Origin: Octopus bimaculoides
Lineage: Eukaryota
Assembly (NCBI RefSeq): GCF_001194135.2
Contig: NC_068981.1
Coordinates: 70,451,037 to 70,515,036 of the forward strand
Reading direction: 5' to 3'
Length of the DNA: 64,000 nucleotides
Shown here: piece after piece, positions 41,279 to 53,550 of the stretch
Position numbering within the stretch: the first letter of the stretch is position 1
Layout of the letters: every line of letters starts with the position of its first letter
The notes under the pieces: generated by a model
The model's input: only the letters and a program-made list of their open reading frames with translations
Told to the model about the DNA's origin: nothing
Databases searched by the model: none
Position numbers and translations under genes: made by a program

Positions 41279-42795
41279 AACATATACACAGATATACATA
41301 CATACAGCTACATACACATACATATATATATATTCGCAATAAATAAAAAAGTATTAAATATAATCCTTGAAATAATACACTTGATAAAACTTTCTATGCG
41401 CATATTTAGAAGAGTGTTAACAAGATAAATCACGTTCCTGTCTATCATTAACAAATTTCTTTTTTGATGTTAAAATTTGTTATATTTCATCCACTCAAAA
41501 GTTACATCTATTATCAGCAATTTTATAAGATCTAGCATGACCAAGTATTTGCCATCTAATGTTGTACAATTTCACCATTCTTTAACTTTCATATAAACTT
41601 ACTTCAACTGGTACTGTTCCCTGTCTCTCAAATTATATTCATCGTTTGCAATTGAGTTTTTAGGAAAATTATCAAATGACCCAATGCAAAAATAATTTTT
41701 CCCCCCAGATTCAACTCTACATCCATATACAAAGTTATTTTGCATACAAAAATTATTGGTATAACATTTATCCTTAATTGTACAATAACAAGTTCTAGCA
41801 ACATAATTTTCAGTAATACAACTATTATTATCTCTATTGTTATCAAAATGTCTAAGTTTGAGTTATTAATTGAAGAGATAATTCTTAACAAATGTTTAGA
41901 TACTGAAAAGCCAGTTATCTTCTTATTATTATTAATTATTTTATTATAATTATTTTCTTTTTGAAATGTTTGCATATAGATATGTAAAAAAAGTTTAACC
42001 AAATTAGTTTGTAGTTGCTTGCATAAGAAATAATAAGCCAAATATAATTTTCATTTATAGAATTAACAGTATTAAGTGTATTAAAACCTCCATATGGGTA
42101 TACATTTTAGTCTTAAAGTTAATTCTATGTTCATGCAGAATATTATAATTACTGCACTTTTTCTTATTCATACTATTACTATTATTATTAGTATTATTCT
42201 TATTGTTAATAACATTATTATTGCTATCATAATACAGGCTTAGCGTATGTACATTATAATTATTGATTTTAGAACATACATATATATATGAAGATATACA
42301 AATGGGAAGACAGTTGTTTTAATCGAATTTTATTTAATTGATATATTCATCCATTGTGTCATATAAACCACCATGTTCAGGTGAGATCTTAAAATGGTAA
42401 GATGTCAAATCGTTGAGATAATACATCCAACATAAAGACTGCAACTAACATTGTCGGGTGTGTTTTTAAAAATGATATTGGAATTAATAGAAATATTAAG
42501 TGTTGCTTGAACGGGCATGTGAGAAACAGTGAGAACTTTGAGAACGTACAAGTATCATAAGAATCACTAACATGTAGTAGCCAAGCAGGTATCTTGTCTG
42601 TTTGGCAAACAGATATCTTGTCCGTTAAATGAGAAAGTAGAAACCAGAAGACTGCAGAAAGAGATAAAACTGTCATTACCTTTGCACTCTGTACCGTTGG
42701 TATACACATATTTACACTCACGCTCTTACACACACACACACACACACACACAAAAGATAACCAAACATATATAGCCATACATATATAAAAACATA

Positions 42796-42828
<33 letters not shown>

Positions 42829-43710
42829 NNNNNNNNNNNNNNNNNNNNNNNNNNNNNNNNNNNNNNNNNNNNNNNNNNNNNNNNNNNNNNNNNNNNNNNN
42901 NNNNNNNNNNNNNNNNNNNNNNNNNNNNNNNNNNNNNNNNNNNNNNNNNNNNNNNNNNNNNNNNNNNNNNNNNNNNNNNNNNNNNNNNNNNNNNNNNNNN
43001 NNNNNNNNNNNNNNNNNNNNNNNNNNNNNNNNNNNNNNNNNNNNNNNNNNNNNNNNNNNNNNNNNNNNNNNNNNNNNNNNNNNNNNNNNNNNNNNNNNNN
43101 NNNNNNNNNNNNNNNNNNNNNNNNNNNNNNNNNNNNNNNNNNNNNNNNNNNNNNNNNNNNNNNNNNNNNNNNNNNNNNNNNNNNNNNNNNNNNNNNNNNN
43201 NNNNNNNNNNNNNNNNNNNNNNNNNNNNNNNNNNNNNNNNNNNNNNNNNNNNNNNNNNNNNNNNNNNNNNNNNNNNNNNNNNNNNNNNNNNNNNNNNNNN
43301 NNNNNNNNNNNNNNNNNNNNNNNNNNNNNNNNNNNNNNNNNNNNNNNNNNNNNNNNNNNNNNNNNNNNNNNNNNNNNNNNNNNNNNNNNNNNNNNNNNNN
43401 NNNNNNNNNNNNNNNNNNNNNNNNNNNNNNNNNNNNNNNNNNNNNNNNNNNNNNNNNNNNNNNNNNNNNNNNNNNNNNNNNNNNNNNNNNNNNNNNNNNN
43501 NNNNNNNNNNNNNNNNNNNNNNNNNNNNNNNNNNNNNNNNNNNNNNNNNNNNNNNNNNNNNNNNNNNNNNNNNNNNNNNNNNNNNNNNNNNNNNNNNNNN
43601 NNNNNNNNNNNNNNNNNNNNNNNNNNNNNNNNNNNNNNNNNNNNNNNNNNNNNNNNNNNNNNNNNNNNNNNNNNNNNNNNNNNNNNNNNNNNNNNNNNNN
43701 NNNNNNNNNN

Positions 43711-43745
<35 letters not shown>

Positions 43746-43829
43746 AGGTAGTAGATTTAATTTTATAGGTTTTCAGAAATGTAGAGTGAAATTTATGGCT
43801 CCAGGAGGGGTCTGAAAACTTATTTAACA

Positions 43830-44290
43830 TATTAGCCTTATATAAATTAATAAATTAAGGATTATATACGATTCCCTTACTGGCAATGTACACCTGTCTG
43901 AACCATTACCATATGGGGGAGCCCTCGCAATTAGGATACCATATCAGGTCGTAAGGCAAGTAACAATCCCTAAGCTTACCTATATATGCCGCTAAGGTAG
44001 TGGAATTCTTATACTTATGGTTTGAAAAGGAATTCATATGGGGCCTATGTGTATTGAATAGACTAGCTATACATTTATACACAACATTGTATCGAAGACA
44101 TGATCCTGCAAGCGGATATGTTTTGGGTGCTCTGAAGTTCCAAATTTTATTCCGTTGCGTCCTAATATTACTGTTCGTAATTATATTTCCAGCATTATTA
44201 ATATTCTTATACTGGGATAGGGTACCTGATTTTAAATTCATTAAAGTTTGATTAGTATTATATCTTACGTTAGTATTTGGGATCGACACC
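43830..44290 (-). mobile_element. Penelope-like GIY-YIG fragment with internal deletion
   Basis: WNFRAPKTYPLAGSCLRYNVVYKC..SFSNHKYKNSTTLAAYIGKLRD..YDLIW then NGSDRCTL. This matches the PLE pattern CPLxGxCL..VVYKC..YKNSTxLSKYIWxLK..CNLC; the YIG segment is missing. Confidence 0.75.
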
Positions 44291-45345
44291 TTAATTTTAA
44301 CCTTCTTTCCATTAGTACTTATTACTAGTTCTACAGCATTATTATTAGTTGCACTATTGTTGTCCTTTTTGCTATATCCTTCATTTCATTAGTACGGAGT
44401 CCTTTCCCTAAATTATTATTACTAGTTACACTACTGTTGATTTTATTCAATATACGTTTAATTTTGCCCCTATTGATAGAAGCTATTATTGTTCCCTAAT
44501 TAGGCATTGCCGAGTACGCAAATTTTACAGCAGATTTATTACAAATGGCGGTCTGCCGTTTTGAAGATTGACAGTTTTATTCCTATATTTATCAACCCCT
44601 CATTCGCTTTGTGCCACCTATATTTATCACGCATAACTTTTTACATGTAATCGTTATTTATATGTGATTTCATATGTATTTTTATATATTTCCTCCTATA
44701 TTTTTAAGTATATATTAGGTCTCTACGAGCTCTCCATAAATAGCCCATACCTTCTATAACATACTTAATATTATGCACACACACATATACTTGTATACAT
44801 GTGCTTATATAAACATGCGCTGTGTATTCACACTCATACACACTTATACATATACACACGTACTTATACATAAAGTATGTGATATATAACAATATAATAT
44901 GATAAATATATCTAAAGAAACCATAGACAATTGACTAAGGGTCGTAAACAGGATTATCAGATATTTCACTAGTTCTTGAATACAGAAGTTGCAAACAAAT
45001 GAAAATATGTAACCAGGAGGCTAATGACATAATGTTACATATCACTTAAATAATATTAGATATTTAGATAATATTTAAATGAGACGAGTGTACTTATCTA
45101 CGTTCGAAAGTGTAGTTAAATAGAAACTAAGAAGTTAAAGATTAGTAGTTTTCGAAGCATACAAGATAACTAGTTTAAAGTATGAAGAAGAGTTTCTAAT
45201 GTAATAAAAGCACATGCCTCTAAGTTCATTAGATTTGTCAAGGATATTACCAATGCAATATGTATTCACAATATGTATGTGTGTGTATGGGTGTGTGAGT
45301 GTGTGTGCATGGGGGTGTATGTATATTTTTATATATACATATTTT

Positions 45346-45384
<39 letters not shown>

Positions 45385-45423
45385 AAGTGTGTGTCTATGT
45401 TTGTGTGTATTTGTGTAAGTATG

Positions 45424-45823
45424 TATTCTTTTATTCTTTTACTTGTGTCAGCTATTTGACAGTGGCCATGCTGGAGCACCACCTAGAAACGTTTTAGTGG
45501 AACAAATCGAATCCAGGACTTATTTTTTAAGCCTTGTACTTATTCTATCGGTCCGTTTGCCGAACCGCTAACTTATGGAAACATTAGCACGGTTGTCATG
45601 CGGTGATGGAGAGACAAACGTAGACACAAAGACACTCTCACACACATACACATATACATACGACGGGCGTCTTTTAGTTTCCGTCTACCAAATCCACTCA
45701 CAAGTCTTTGGTCGACCCGAGGCTATAGTAAAAACACTTGATCAAGGTACCACACAGAGGAACTGAACCCCGAATCATGTGGTTGTGAAGCAAGCTTCTT
45801 ACTACCCAGCCATGACTGTGCCT
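45424..45823 (-). mobile_element. tRNA-derived SINE family B
   Basis: The reverse complement begins aggcacagtcatggctgggtagtaagaagcttgcttc..ggggttcagttcc; homologous to 37924-38224. Confidence 0.88.
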
Positions 45824-46179
45824 ATAAAGGAGTAAGTCGGTAAGGCTCTACCGTGACTCGAGCCCGGATTGCTGTATTCAGATTCAAAAGTGCTCAACAT
45901 TATAACATAAAACCAACTTTGTCTGTCTGTCTGTCTGTATATATGCAAGTATGTATGCATGCATGCATGCATGTATGTATGTATGTATGTATGTATGTAT
46001 GTATATGTGAATGTGTGCTTGTATGAAGGCATGCATGAGTATATGTATATATATGTTAATAGATTCCTTGCACATCTATTATATTGCTGAGTCTCAGTTT
46101 CAAGAGCTTTGCACTGTAACTATTATTCATTGTAGACATGTTACTTATGTTTAACAAGTACAGTGCTTCATTACACGTT

Positions 46180-46570
46180 GATTCTTTCGTCATGATTGAG
46201 ACTCCTTCTGATCATGTGCATTTGTTTTCGAGATGGCTCTTGGTTTGTATGTTAGGGCCTGATATTGTCTTGCATTGAATTGCTTTCTTCTGTTCATTTG
46301 TAAATTACATTTTTGTCGTTTTAAATTTTGTCCTAAAGCTTGTCATACTGATCGTCTGTGATACATGTTTCCCTCAGGCGATCGTGAAAGTGCCTAATTA
46401 TATGACTCTTGTCATATCCGAGTGAGTGCGACAATCAGCAATAGATCAGTGAAATGCCTTCAAACTCCACTTGGAATTTGTATTATCGAAGTGAACACTG
46501 CTGGCTGCAATACAGAAGGCCATTTAGATTCACAATTTTATCGAGATCATGCGGCTTAAGTTGTAGCATT
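46180..46570 (-). pseudogene. Possible decayed PLE RT N-terminal region
   Basis: LNGL/FCIAASSV and FTNEQKKAIQ resemble KGLxFC and NLTxEQxxAL motifs; many stops. Confidence 0.3.
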
Positions 46571-48222
46571 CTATCCAAATTTTACCACTCAGCATTTGCA
46601 TTAAAATTTGCATCGTCCCTCGGACTGCTCATCACTGAAGTACCACTAAATATAAAGAGATAAGAACAAACAGTGCAATACTTTATGGTTCAAGAGCCCA
46701 CCGGTTTTCAATATCCTAGAGAAGAAACACACAGACAATCCATTTTCAGTGCTCATTGCTAAAGTTGCACAAATGAATGCAGTTTTTATCAAACTCATAC
46801 AATGCTAAAAAAACAAGCGCAATTTTAGGGCTACAAAAACAGTAACAACAGTGTAGGCACTGCCGCAACCTAATGACTAGAGCAAGAAAAAGAGCATCCA
46901 TGTATTTGTATAAACACATACAAACATATACATATCTATCTATATGTATATATATGTGTGTGTGTGTGTGTGTGTGGTGTGTGGTGTGTGTGTATGTGTG
47001 TGTGTGTGTGTGTGTGGTGTGGTGCGTGTGTGTGTAGTGTGTGTCTGTGTAGTGTGTGTGTGAGTGTGTGTGGTTGTGAGTGTACGTTTGTGTTTCTGAA
47101 TATATACGTGTGTGTGTGTAGGTGTGCGTGTGTATGTGTGTGCTAGTGTTTATGTGTGTGTATATTTATGGGCTTTTGGATATATGTGTGTATGCATTTA
47201 TATACGCATGATTCTATATCACAATAATTTAAAAAGCAAATATGTGTAAAAGATATTAGAATTTTCAATAAACGACAGCTTCCACGATGTCACTGAAATT
47301 TTAACTTTTATGTACTTTCATTTATTCTTACATTATTAAATTTCACTCGGTTAAAGAAACGGTCGCATTTATTAATCACGACCACTGATATTAGCTCTGT
47401 ATAATTTAAGATAATTTTGTTTTTCGACTACATTTTCCAATATATTTAATGTAGTCGTCGCAATATCTTTTCTTTAAATGTAGTTACGCGGAATATTTAC
47501 TAAGTTTCAAGTATTTTAAAGTGTAGTCATTCACAACATTCCACCATCATGATTTCCAAAGTGTAATATGGTAAATGCCCGACGTAATTCCAAATCACAA
47601 TATTTTAACATAGTAGCGTCAAGTCAATTTTCAACTTTCAATATTACTGTCATATAATTCAATTTCTTGAACATGGTTGGCTTATTATTTAACAAATCTT
47701 CATCGGCTCCAGCGCAGCATTAATATGACTAATGACATTTCTGAACCAGGCATGTTTTCAAAAGTTACTCGTAAAATTATTTTACAATCATACATCATTT
47801 ACTTGTGTATCTACTAAAGCTTGAATTTGAGAAGTTCCCTCATTTCACTGTAAATAAAATGCGTATTATCCAGCTTATCATACAATTATCATTCAAAATG
47901 TACTGAAATCAGAAACTTTTAATGTTGCAACATTACATTGGCATAATAAGCTTAGAAATCCTTAAACTTCTAGAGTTTTACTATACCTATAGCCGACATT
48001 CAATTATCTTGATCTCTATACTTACTCGTATGTACACCTACACCGCTTCCCAAACCCATGTATGTATAATAATTTTTTTTTTCATGTACTTCGGACCGTA
48101 ATTATAGTTTGTTTTGTACTTTTCAACGCATAGAAAAATAAAATAGATTTTAACTGTCACTGATTTTATTTCTTTATTGTCCTTCTGTTCAAATGTAATT
48201 TCATTAAATTCCTATGTCTTTG

Positions 48223-48310
48223 TGCAGCTGAAGATTGGTCTACATTTTATATTTGATGTAATGTTTACATTGTTGAATTAAAGGGAGTCGCATGAAACGA
48301 TCGTACTGCA
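48223..48310 (+). ncRNA. Type I hammerhead ribozyme motif with long stem II insertion (diverged copy)
   Basis: UGCAG CUGAAGA U..(about 57 nt)..U GAAA CG-AU-CG UA CUGCA. The core is intact, stem I is 5 bp, stem III is the palindrome ACGAUCGU and the site is GUA; stem II pairing is poor. Confidence 0.75.
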
Positions 48311-48372
48311 TTACTTCTGGATATCCTTGTTGCTTATTTTTATTATATATATATTGGTAGATAGATAGATAT

Positions 48373-49077
48373 CTTTTTATTATAGCCACACAGGGCTAAA
48401 TACAGAAAATGGACAAATTACAAAGTAGAGCCTATCTTGGTGGGGGGGCTAATTTCGATCAAAAGGGATCGCGGGAAGAAAAAAAAGAAAAAGAAAAACG
48501 TGGGTGGGGGGGCGATCAATAGGGATCGTGTATCACAGTCGATGTAAAAAACGGGGAACAGATTAGGTTTATCCGTGGAGAGAAAAGCCTACGGAAAAGA
48601 CCACGGTCACCTCAGGCTTTTTTTTTAAAGGTACATGAAAGTAAGTACCTTCTCTCTTTTTGTTACAAGTCTATGCTTAAAATGGTGTCGTCTTTCATTC
48701 TTACCATTCTTGCCACATTTACCCATTTTTTATTGAAACTTTCATTCGACAACACTTTCCTCTCTATCCTCATCCCCCTTTTCATGTGGTACTTGAAAAA
48801 GTTGACGAGGGACTGACCAGAGAGGAAAGTGTTTGTTTGTAGACCTTTCAAACGCGTCCACCACACGCATTCTTTTGCCATAGCTATCAGTGTTACAAAA
48901 ACCGTTTTTCCTTCCTGTTTAAAGGAAGGTGGCGGAACAATATTCACGATAGACTCGGCTGATAAGTGGGCTCGTCCCACACGCGACAACAGCCGTTCGA
49001 CGAAGGTCCACAGCTCTGAAATATCTGGACACTGCACGAGTGAGTGCAGAACGGTTTCGTCGCTCTGACCGCATTTC
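48373..49077 (-). mobile_element. 5'-truncated Tx1/L1-like LINE: ORF2 C-terminus plus 3' UTR
   Basis: KCGQSDETVLHSLVQCPDISELW (CCHC zf-RVT-type) ..AMAKECVWWTR.. with an intact frame to the stop at 48663. A 3' UTR of about 290 bp ends in ataataaaaag before (TCTA)n. Confidence 0.8.
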
Positions 49078-49114
<37 letters not shown>

Positions 49115-51599
49115 TAAATATATACACTTATATGTACACACGACGGTCTTCTTTCTGTTTTCGCGTAGCATATACAATAATGTGACGTTGGGCAGCCCGA
49201 GGATAATATAGAAGGCACCTACACAAAATTCTGCGCTGTGAGATTAAGCCCCAAATACACGTGATAGTGAAGAAAAACCCTTAACTACAGAGACCCATCT
49301 CTGCCTATATGTTAATGTGTGTGTGTGTGTGTATGTGGATATATACAGTCTATATAATGTCTTGATATGATATCCATTGCGGAAAGTAAAGTGAAAGTAA
49401 ATCTCAAGTGAATATAATTGCAGTGTTGTTAAGTTTTACGTATGTTAAAAGATCTGAATGCTGAACAATACTGAATAAATGAATACCTCATTGTCAATGA
49501 ATTTTCCATTTAATTTAGATTTAGAAAAGAAGGAAATAATTTCCAAAGAATACGTTGTTATAAACGAAATAAATTGCTTTTATCCAAAAATGGTAATCCT
49601 AGAAGAGCCGCAGACTGGTCGTTGAATGTTGCTAAATTGGAAAAAAAGATACTATACATACATGCATACATACATATATATATATATATACACATATATA
49701 TATATATNNNNNNNNNNNNNNNNNNNNNNNNNNNNNNNNNNNNNNNNNNNNNNNNNNNNNNNNNNNNNNNNNNNNNNNNNNNNNNNNNNNNNNNNNNNNN
49801 NNNNNNNNNNNNNNNNNNNNNNNNNNNNNNNNNNNNNNNNNNNNNNNNNNNNNNNNNNNNNNNNNNNNNNNNNNNNNNNNNNNNNNNNNNNNNNNNNNNN
49901 NNNNNNNNNNNNNNNNNNNNNNNNNNNNNNNNNNNNNNNNNNNNNNNNNNNNNNNNNNNNNNNNNNNNNNNNNNNNNNNNNNNNNNNNNNNNNNNNNNNN
50001 NNNNNNNNNNNNNNNNNNNNNNNNNNNNNNNNNNNNNNNNNNNNNNNNNNNNNNNNNNNNNNNTATATATGTATGTATGTATGTATGTATGCATACATAT
50101 ACACAAGCATATATATATGTATATATCTATGTATGCATACATATATATATATGTATATATGTAAGTATGTATGTGCACGTGTGTGTGCGTGCGTATAATT
50201 ATATGTTTTCTAAATTATATTCTAATTTGAACTGCCTCATATCGTCACGCCTGATTCTGTTCGTTATGGCTTTCTACCGTTTAACGTCATACAGATCCCA
50301 ATAGTAGTTTATGTGAGCATATTTTGAGCCTTGAGATATATCAATACTTTCTTTATTCTTATATTTTTCAATTAGAAAGTAATTTTATTCCTTCATAATA
50401 AATTTGTGAACTCACTCCCATTGTTTTTAAGTTAATGTAAACTCTTAATTAGATTAAATGAATTCCTATTTAAAGTATATATTTTTGTTATATAAATTCT
50501 ATTATAGTCATTATTTGTTTGTTCCAATTCAATAATTATATCATTTACTTGATTTATTTCATAGATATACTTAATTTGTAATTAGTTATCAATGAGCAAT
50601 CATCTTCTCCTATGAATAAAATCCATGATGCATTAAAACAATTCTTGTTATATATCGTTTTTGTCTCTATGATTCGGCATATTTACTCCTCTTGATTTCC
50701 ACAAACAGATAGCCATATTGTGTACCTATTTTTCTCCGAAACTGTGTACCTCGCTTGCTATCTAACAAACTAATAGACTGGCTGTTTATATTGTATTTAT
50801 GTTTTTTTAAAAATTTACATTGATTTTAATTCATTAAAATGTTTAGATAAGCAAATAGAAAACAATGATCAAAACCAAATCGGCCCAACCAATATAGTTC
50901 TCTGATTGTCAAAGAAGAAGCCATTTTTGAACTGAATTACATCTTTCTTCTACATTATTGAAGCATAGCAAACAAATCCAATTACCCCAGCTAGAATTGC
51001 GAAACACTTTCAGGAATCTTAAAATGTGACCAATCATTCTGCCAATAAGTTCGCATTCTTTATTTTCAATGCCCTATTTGGGCTATGCTACAATTTCAAT
51101 ATTCAAAAGAAAAAAAAAATAATGTAATTCACCTGCTCAACTCGAGCGTAATTAACAGCTAACGTATGATAACTGCCTTCATACTCTAAGAAGATGTATA
51201 ATGAATCACATAACCAGCTTCATTTGAATTATATCGGCAACAATACGATTCAGAATGAGGATATCAATTATGCCTTCGGGTTTTGTGTTTTATTATATCT
51301 TAAATACTTTCGGGTGAAAACGTTACCTTGTTAGAATGTGCTTCCTGTTTCCTGTGTACGCTAACAACGTTTGGAATTTCTTGATGACACATGACTTTGT
51401 TAAATATTAAATATTCCACTTGGGTTTTCAATTTTGCCAGAATCTTCTTAGATTATCATTATTAATAGCTCCTTTGACTTATTATTATATCTCACAAACT
51501 GCAAATCTAGATGGGAAGGTGCTTCATTAAAGCCAACCGCTCCTTTTTCTTGATACGTTAGATTAACGACTGCAATAACGTCGCGCTGAAAAGCTGCAG

Positions 51600-51900
51600 A
51601 TAAATTTTTGCTCAAGCAACATATCTAGTATGGAACACCTCTCCCATGGAAATGTTTAATAAAATGCGAAAGAATTTAATGATTAATTAAACTTAATGGA
51701 TTTCTTCACATGGGGATTGCAACATCTCGAATTATGTGATCACGATCCTCCTTAATGGAACTCGTAAATCCATCAAAATTAATAGATAGAAAGAGTTTTT
51801 GACAGAGCGAAAGGATACACATTTCAAAAGGATAAAAATATATAGCGAAGACACATCACCTTCGTGCAAACGTAATAAAAATAATAAAAGTACACCACCT
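51600..51900 (+). pseudogene. Possible very decayed Helitron helicase fragment
   Basis: PMEMFN..VITILLNGTR..HFKRIKIYSEDT follows the order of YPxEFLN..MLLRNL..CNGTRL..FIPRI; stops are present. Confidence 0.25.
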
Positions 51901-52160
51901 AAAGAATATAAAAATTGCATAACGTACATTTTTAATATGGTATCCATTCATGACATCTACTAGCGTTTTTTATGCTTTTAGCATCTTTATCTTTCATTTA
52001 CAATTTGGGTTTAACTTAATATATTGAGGTGTATTCATGAATAATGTTAAAACACAAATTTATTGTTTATGCTACTAATGCTTCTGTTATATCTCATCTG
52101 CCAAACTAAGCGTATTATACTCAGTGACTATATGTCTACATTACTCAACACACGGAAAAC

Positions 52161-52199
<39 letters not shown>

Positions 52200-52318
52200 G
52201 GTTTAGATATAGATTCAAGGCTTGAATATGGTACTTATGCGAAGGCACCCGAATTTCACATCCCAAAAGGATGGGTGATTAAAATCAAATAATAAGCAAC
52301 ACGGATTTCAAAAGTGAT

Positions 52319-52407
52319 TGCAGTACGCACGTTTCATGCTACTTCAATTTATTTAAGTAATGTGAGCATTACCTTAAATGCAATATGAAGAGCAATCTTC
52401 AGCTGCA
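52319..52407 (-). ncRNA. Mirror copy of the same hammerhead in the left arm
   Basis: Exact reverse complement of 52664-52752. Confidence 0.85.
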
Positions 52408-52663
52408 CGAAAAAATGTAGAAAAAAGACATATTACAAATGTGGCAACATATTAAAACCAAGTGGGAGAGAGCAGAGGAAGAATATATAAGTCCATCTTG
52501 ACATAGCAGGGTCTATCAGGCTAGGGTCTATCATAGCAGGGTCTATCTAGCCTGATAGACCCTGCTATGTCAAGATGGACTTATATATTCTTCCTCTGCT
52601 CTCTCCCACTTGGTTTTAATATGTTGCCACATTTGTAATATGTCTTTTTTCTACATTTTTTCG

Positions 52664-52752
52664 TGCAGCTGAAGATTGCTCTTCATATTGCATTTAAGGT
52701 AATGCTCACATTACTTAAATAAATTGAAGTAGCATGAAACGTGCGTACTGCA
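52664..52752 (+). ncRNA. Type I hammerhead ribozyme motif, intact core, extended stem II
   Basis: UGCAG (52664-68) CUGAAGA (52669-75) U UGCU-CUUCA...UGAAG-U-AGCA U GAAA (52736-39) CG-UG-CG UA, predicted cleavage after 52747, then CUGCA (52748-52). Confidence 0.85.
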
Positions 52753-52848
52753 ATCACTTTTGAAATCCGTGTTGCTTATTATTTGATATATATATATATA
52801 TATACTTAAATATATATACATATACATATATATATATACATATATATA

Positions 52849-53222
52849 CTGCTGCTGAGACCCCACTGGGCCATGACTGACCATGGGATTGCACCTAGAA
52901 ATTTACCCTTCCAGGCACAAGTCCGGTCAAGGTTGTTTATAGAAGACCAGTTGTCGCCTATGCATACGGCCTCCCCTCTCCACGCCACCGATGTTATCCA
53001 AGGGAAAGGCAAAGGGGCCGACACAGCTTGGCATCAGTGACGTCGCAACTCATTTCTACAGCGGAGTGAACTGGAGCAACGTGAAATAAAGTGTCTTGCT
53101 CAAAAATACAACACGCAGCCCAGTCCGGGATTCGAACTTACAACCTCACAATCATAAGCTCGACACTCTAAACACTGAGCTATATGCCTTCCTTCGACGC
53201 TCTAACCACTGAGCCATGCACC
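52849..53222 (-). mobile_element. tRNA-derived SINE family C with RTE-like tail and duplicated 5' head
   Basis: Minus-strand head ggtgcatggctcagtggttagagcgtcga..gtaagttcgaatcccggactgggc (A/B boxes); body with gagcaagacactttatttcac; the head is repeated at 53161-53190 and 53195-53222. Confidence 0.8.
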
Positions 53223-53469
53223 AATATATATATACACATACATGTATANNNNNNNNNNNNNNNNNNNNNNNNNNNNNNNNNNNNNNNNNNNNNNNNNNNN
53301 NNNNNNNNNNNNNNNNNNNNNNNNNNNNNNNNNNNNNNNNNNNNNNNNNNNNNNNNNNNNNNNNNNNNNNNNNNNNNNNNNNNNNNNNNNNNNNNNNNNN
53401 NNNNNNNNNNNNNNNNNNNNNNNNNNNNNNNNNNNNNNNNNNNNNNNNNNNNNNNNNNNNNNNNNNNNN

Positions 53470-53550
<81 letters not shown>

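Larger units (their letters stand above)
52284..52787. repeat. Perfect inverted repeat: 241-bp arms, 22-bp templated spacer
   Basis: Arms 52284-52524 and 52547-52787 are exact reverse complements by eye; the spacer is ggtctatcatagcagggtctat. Confidence 0.95.

Noticed and set aside
47430-47620. Loose recurrence of a(a/g)tgtagt.. units about 35-40 bp apart
   Set aside because: Too degenerate to define a unit; there is no conserved repeat with unique spacers, so it is not CRISPR-like, and the context is eukaryotic.
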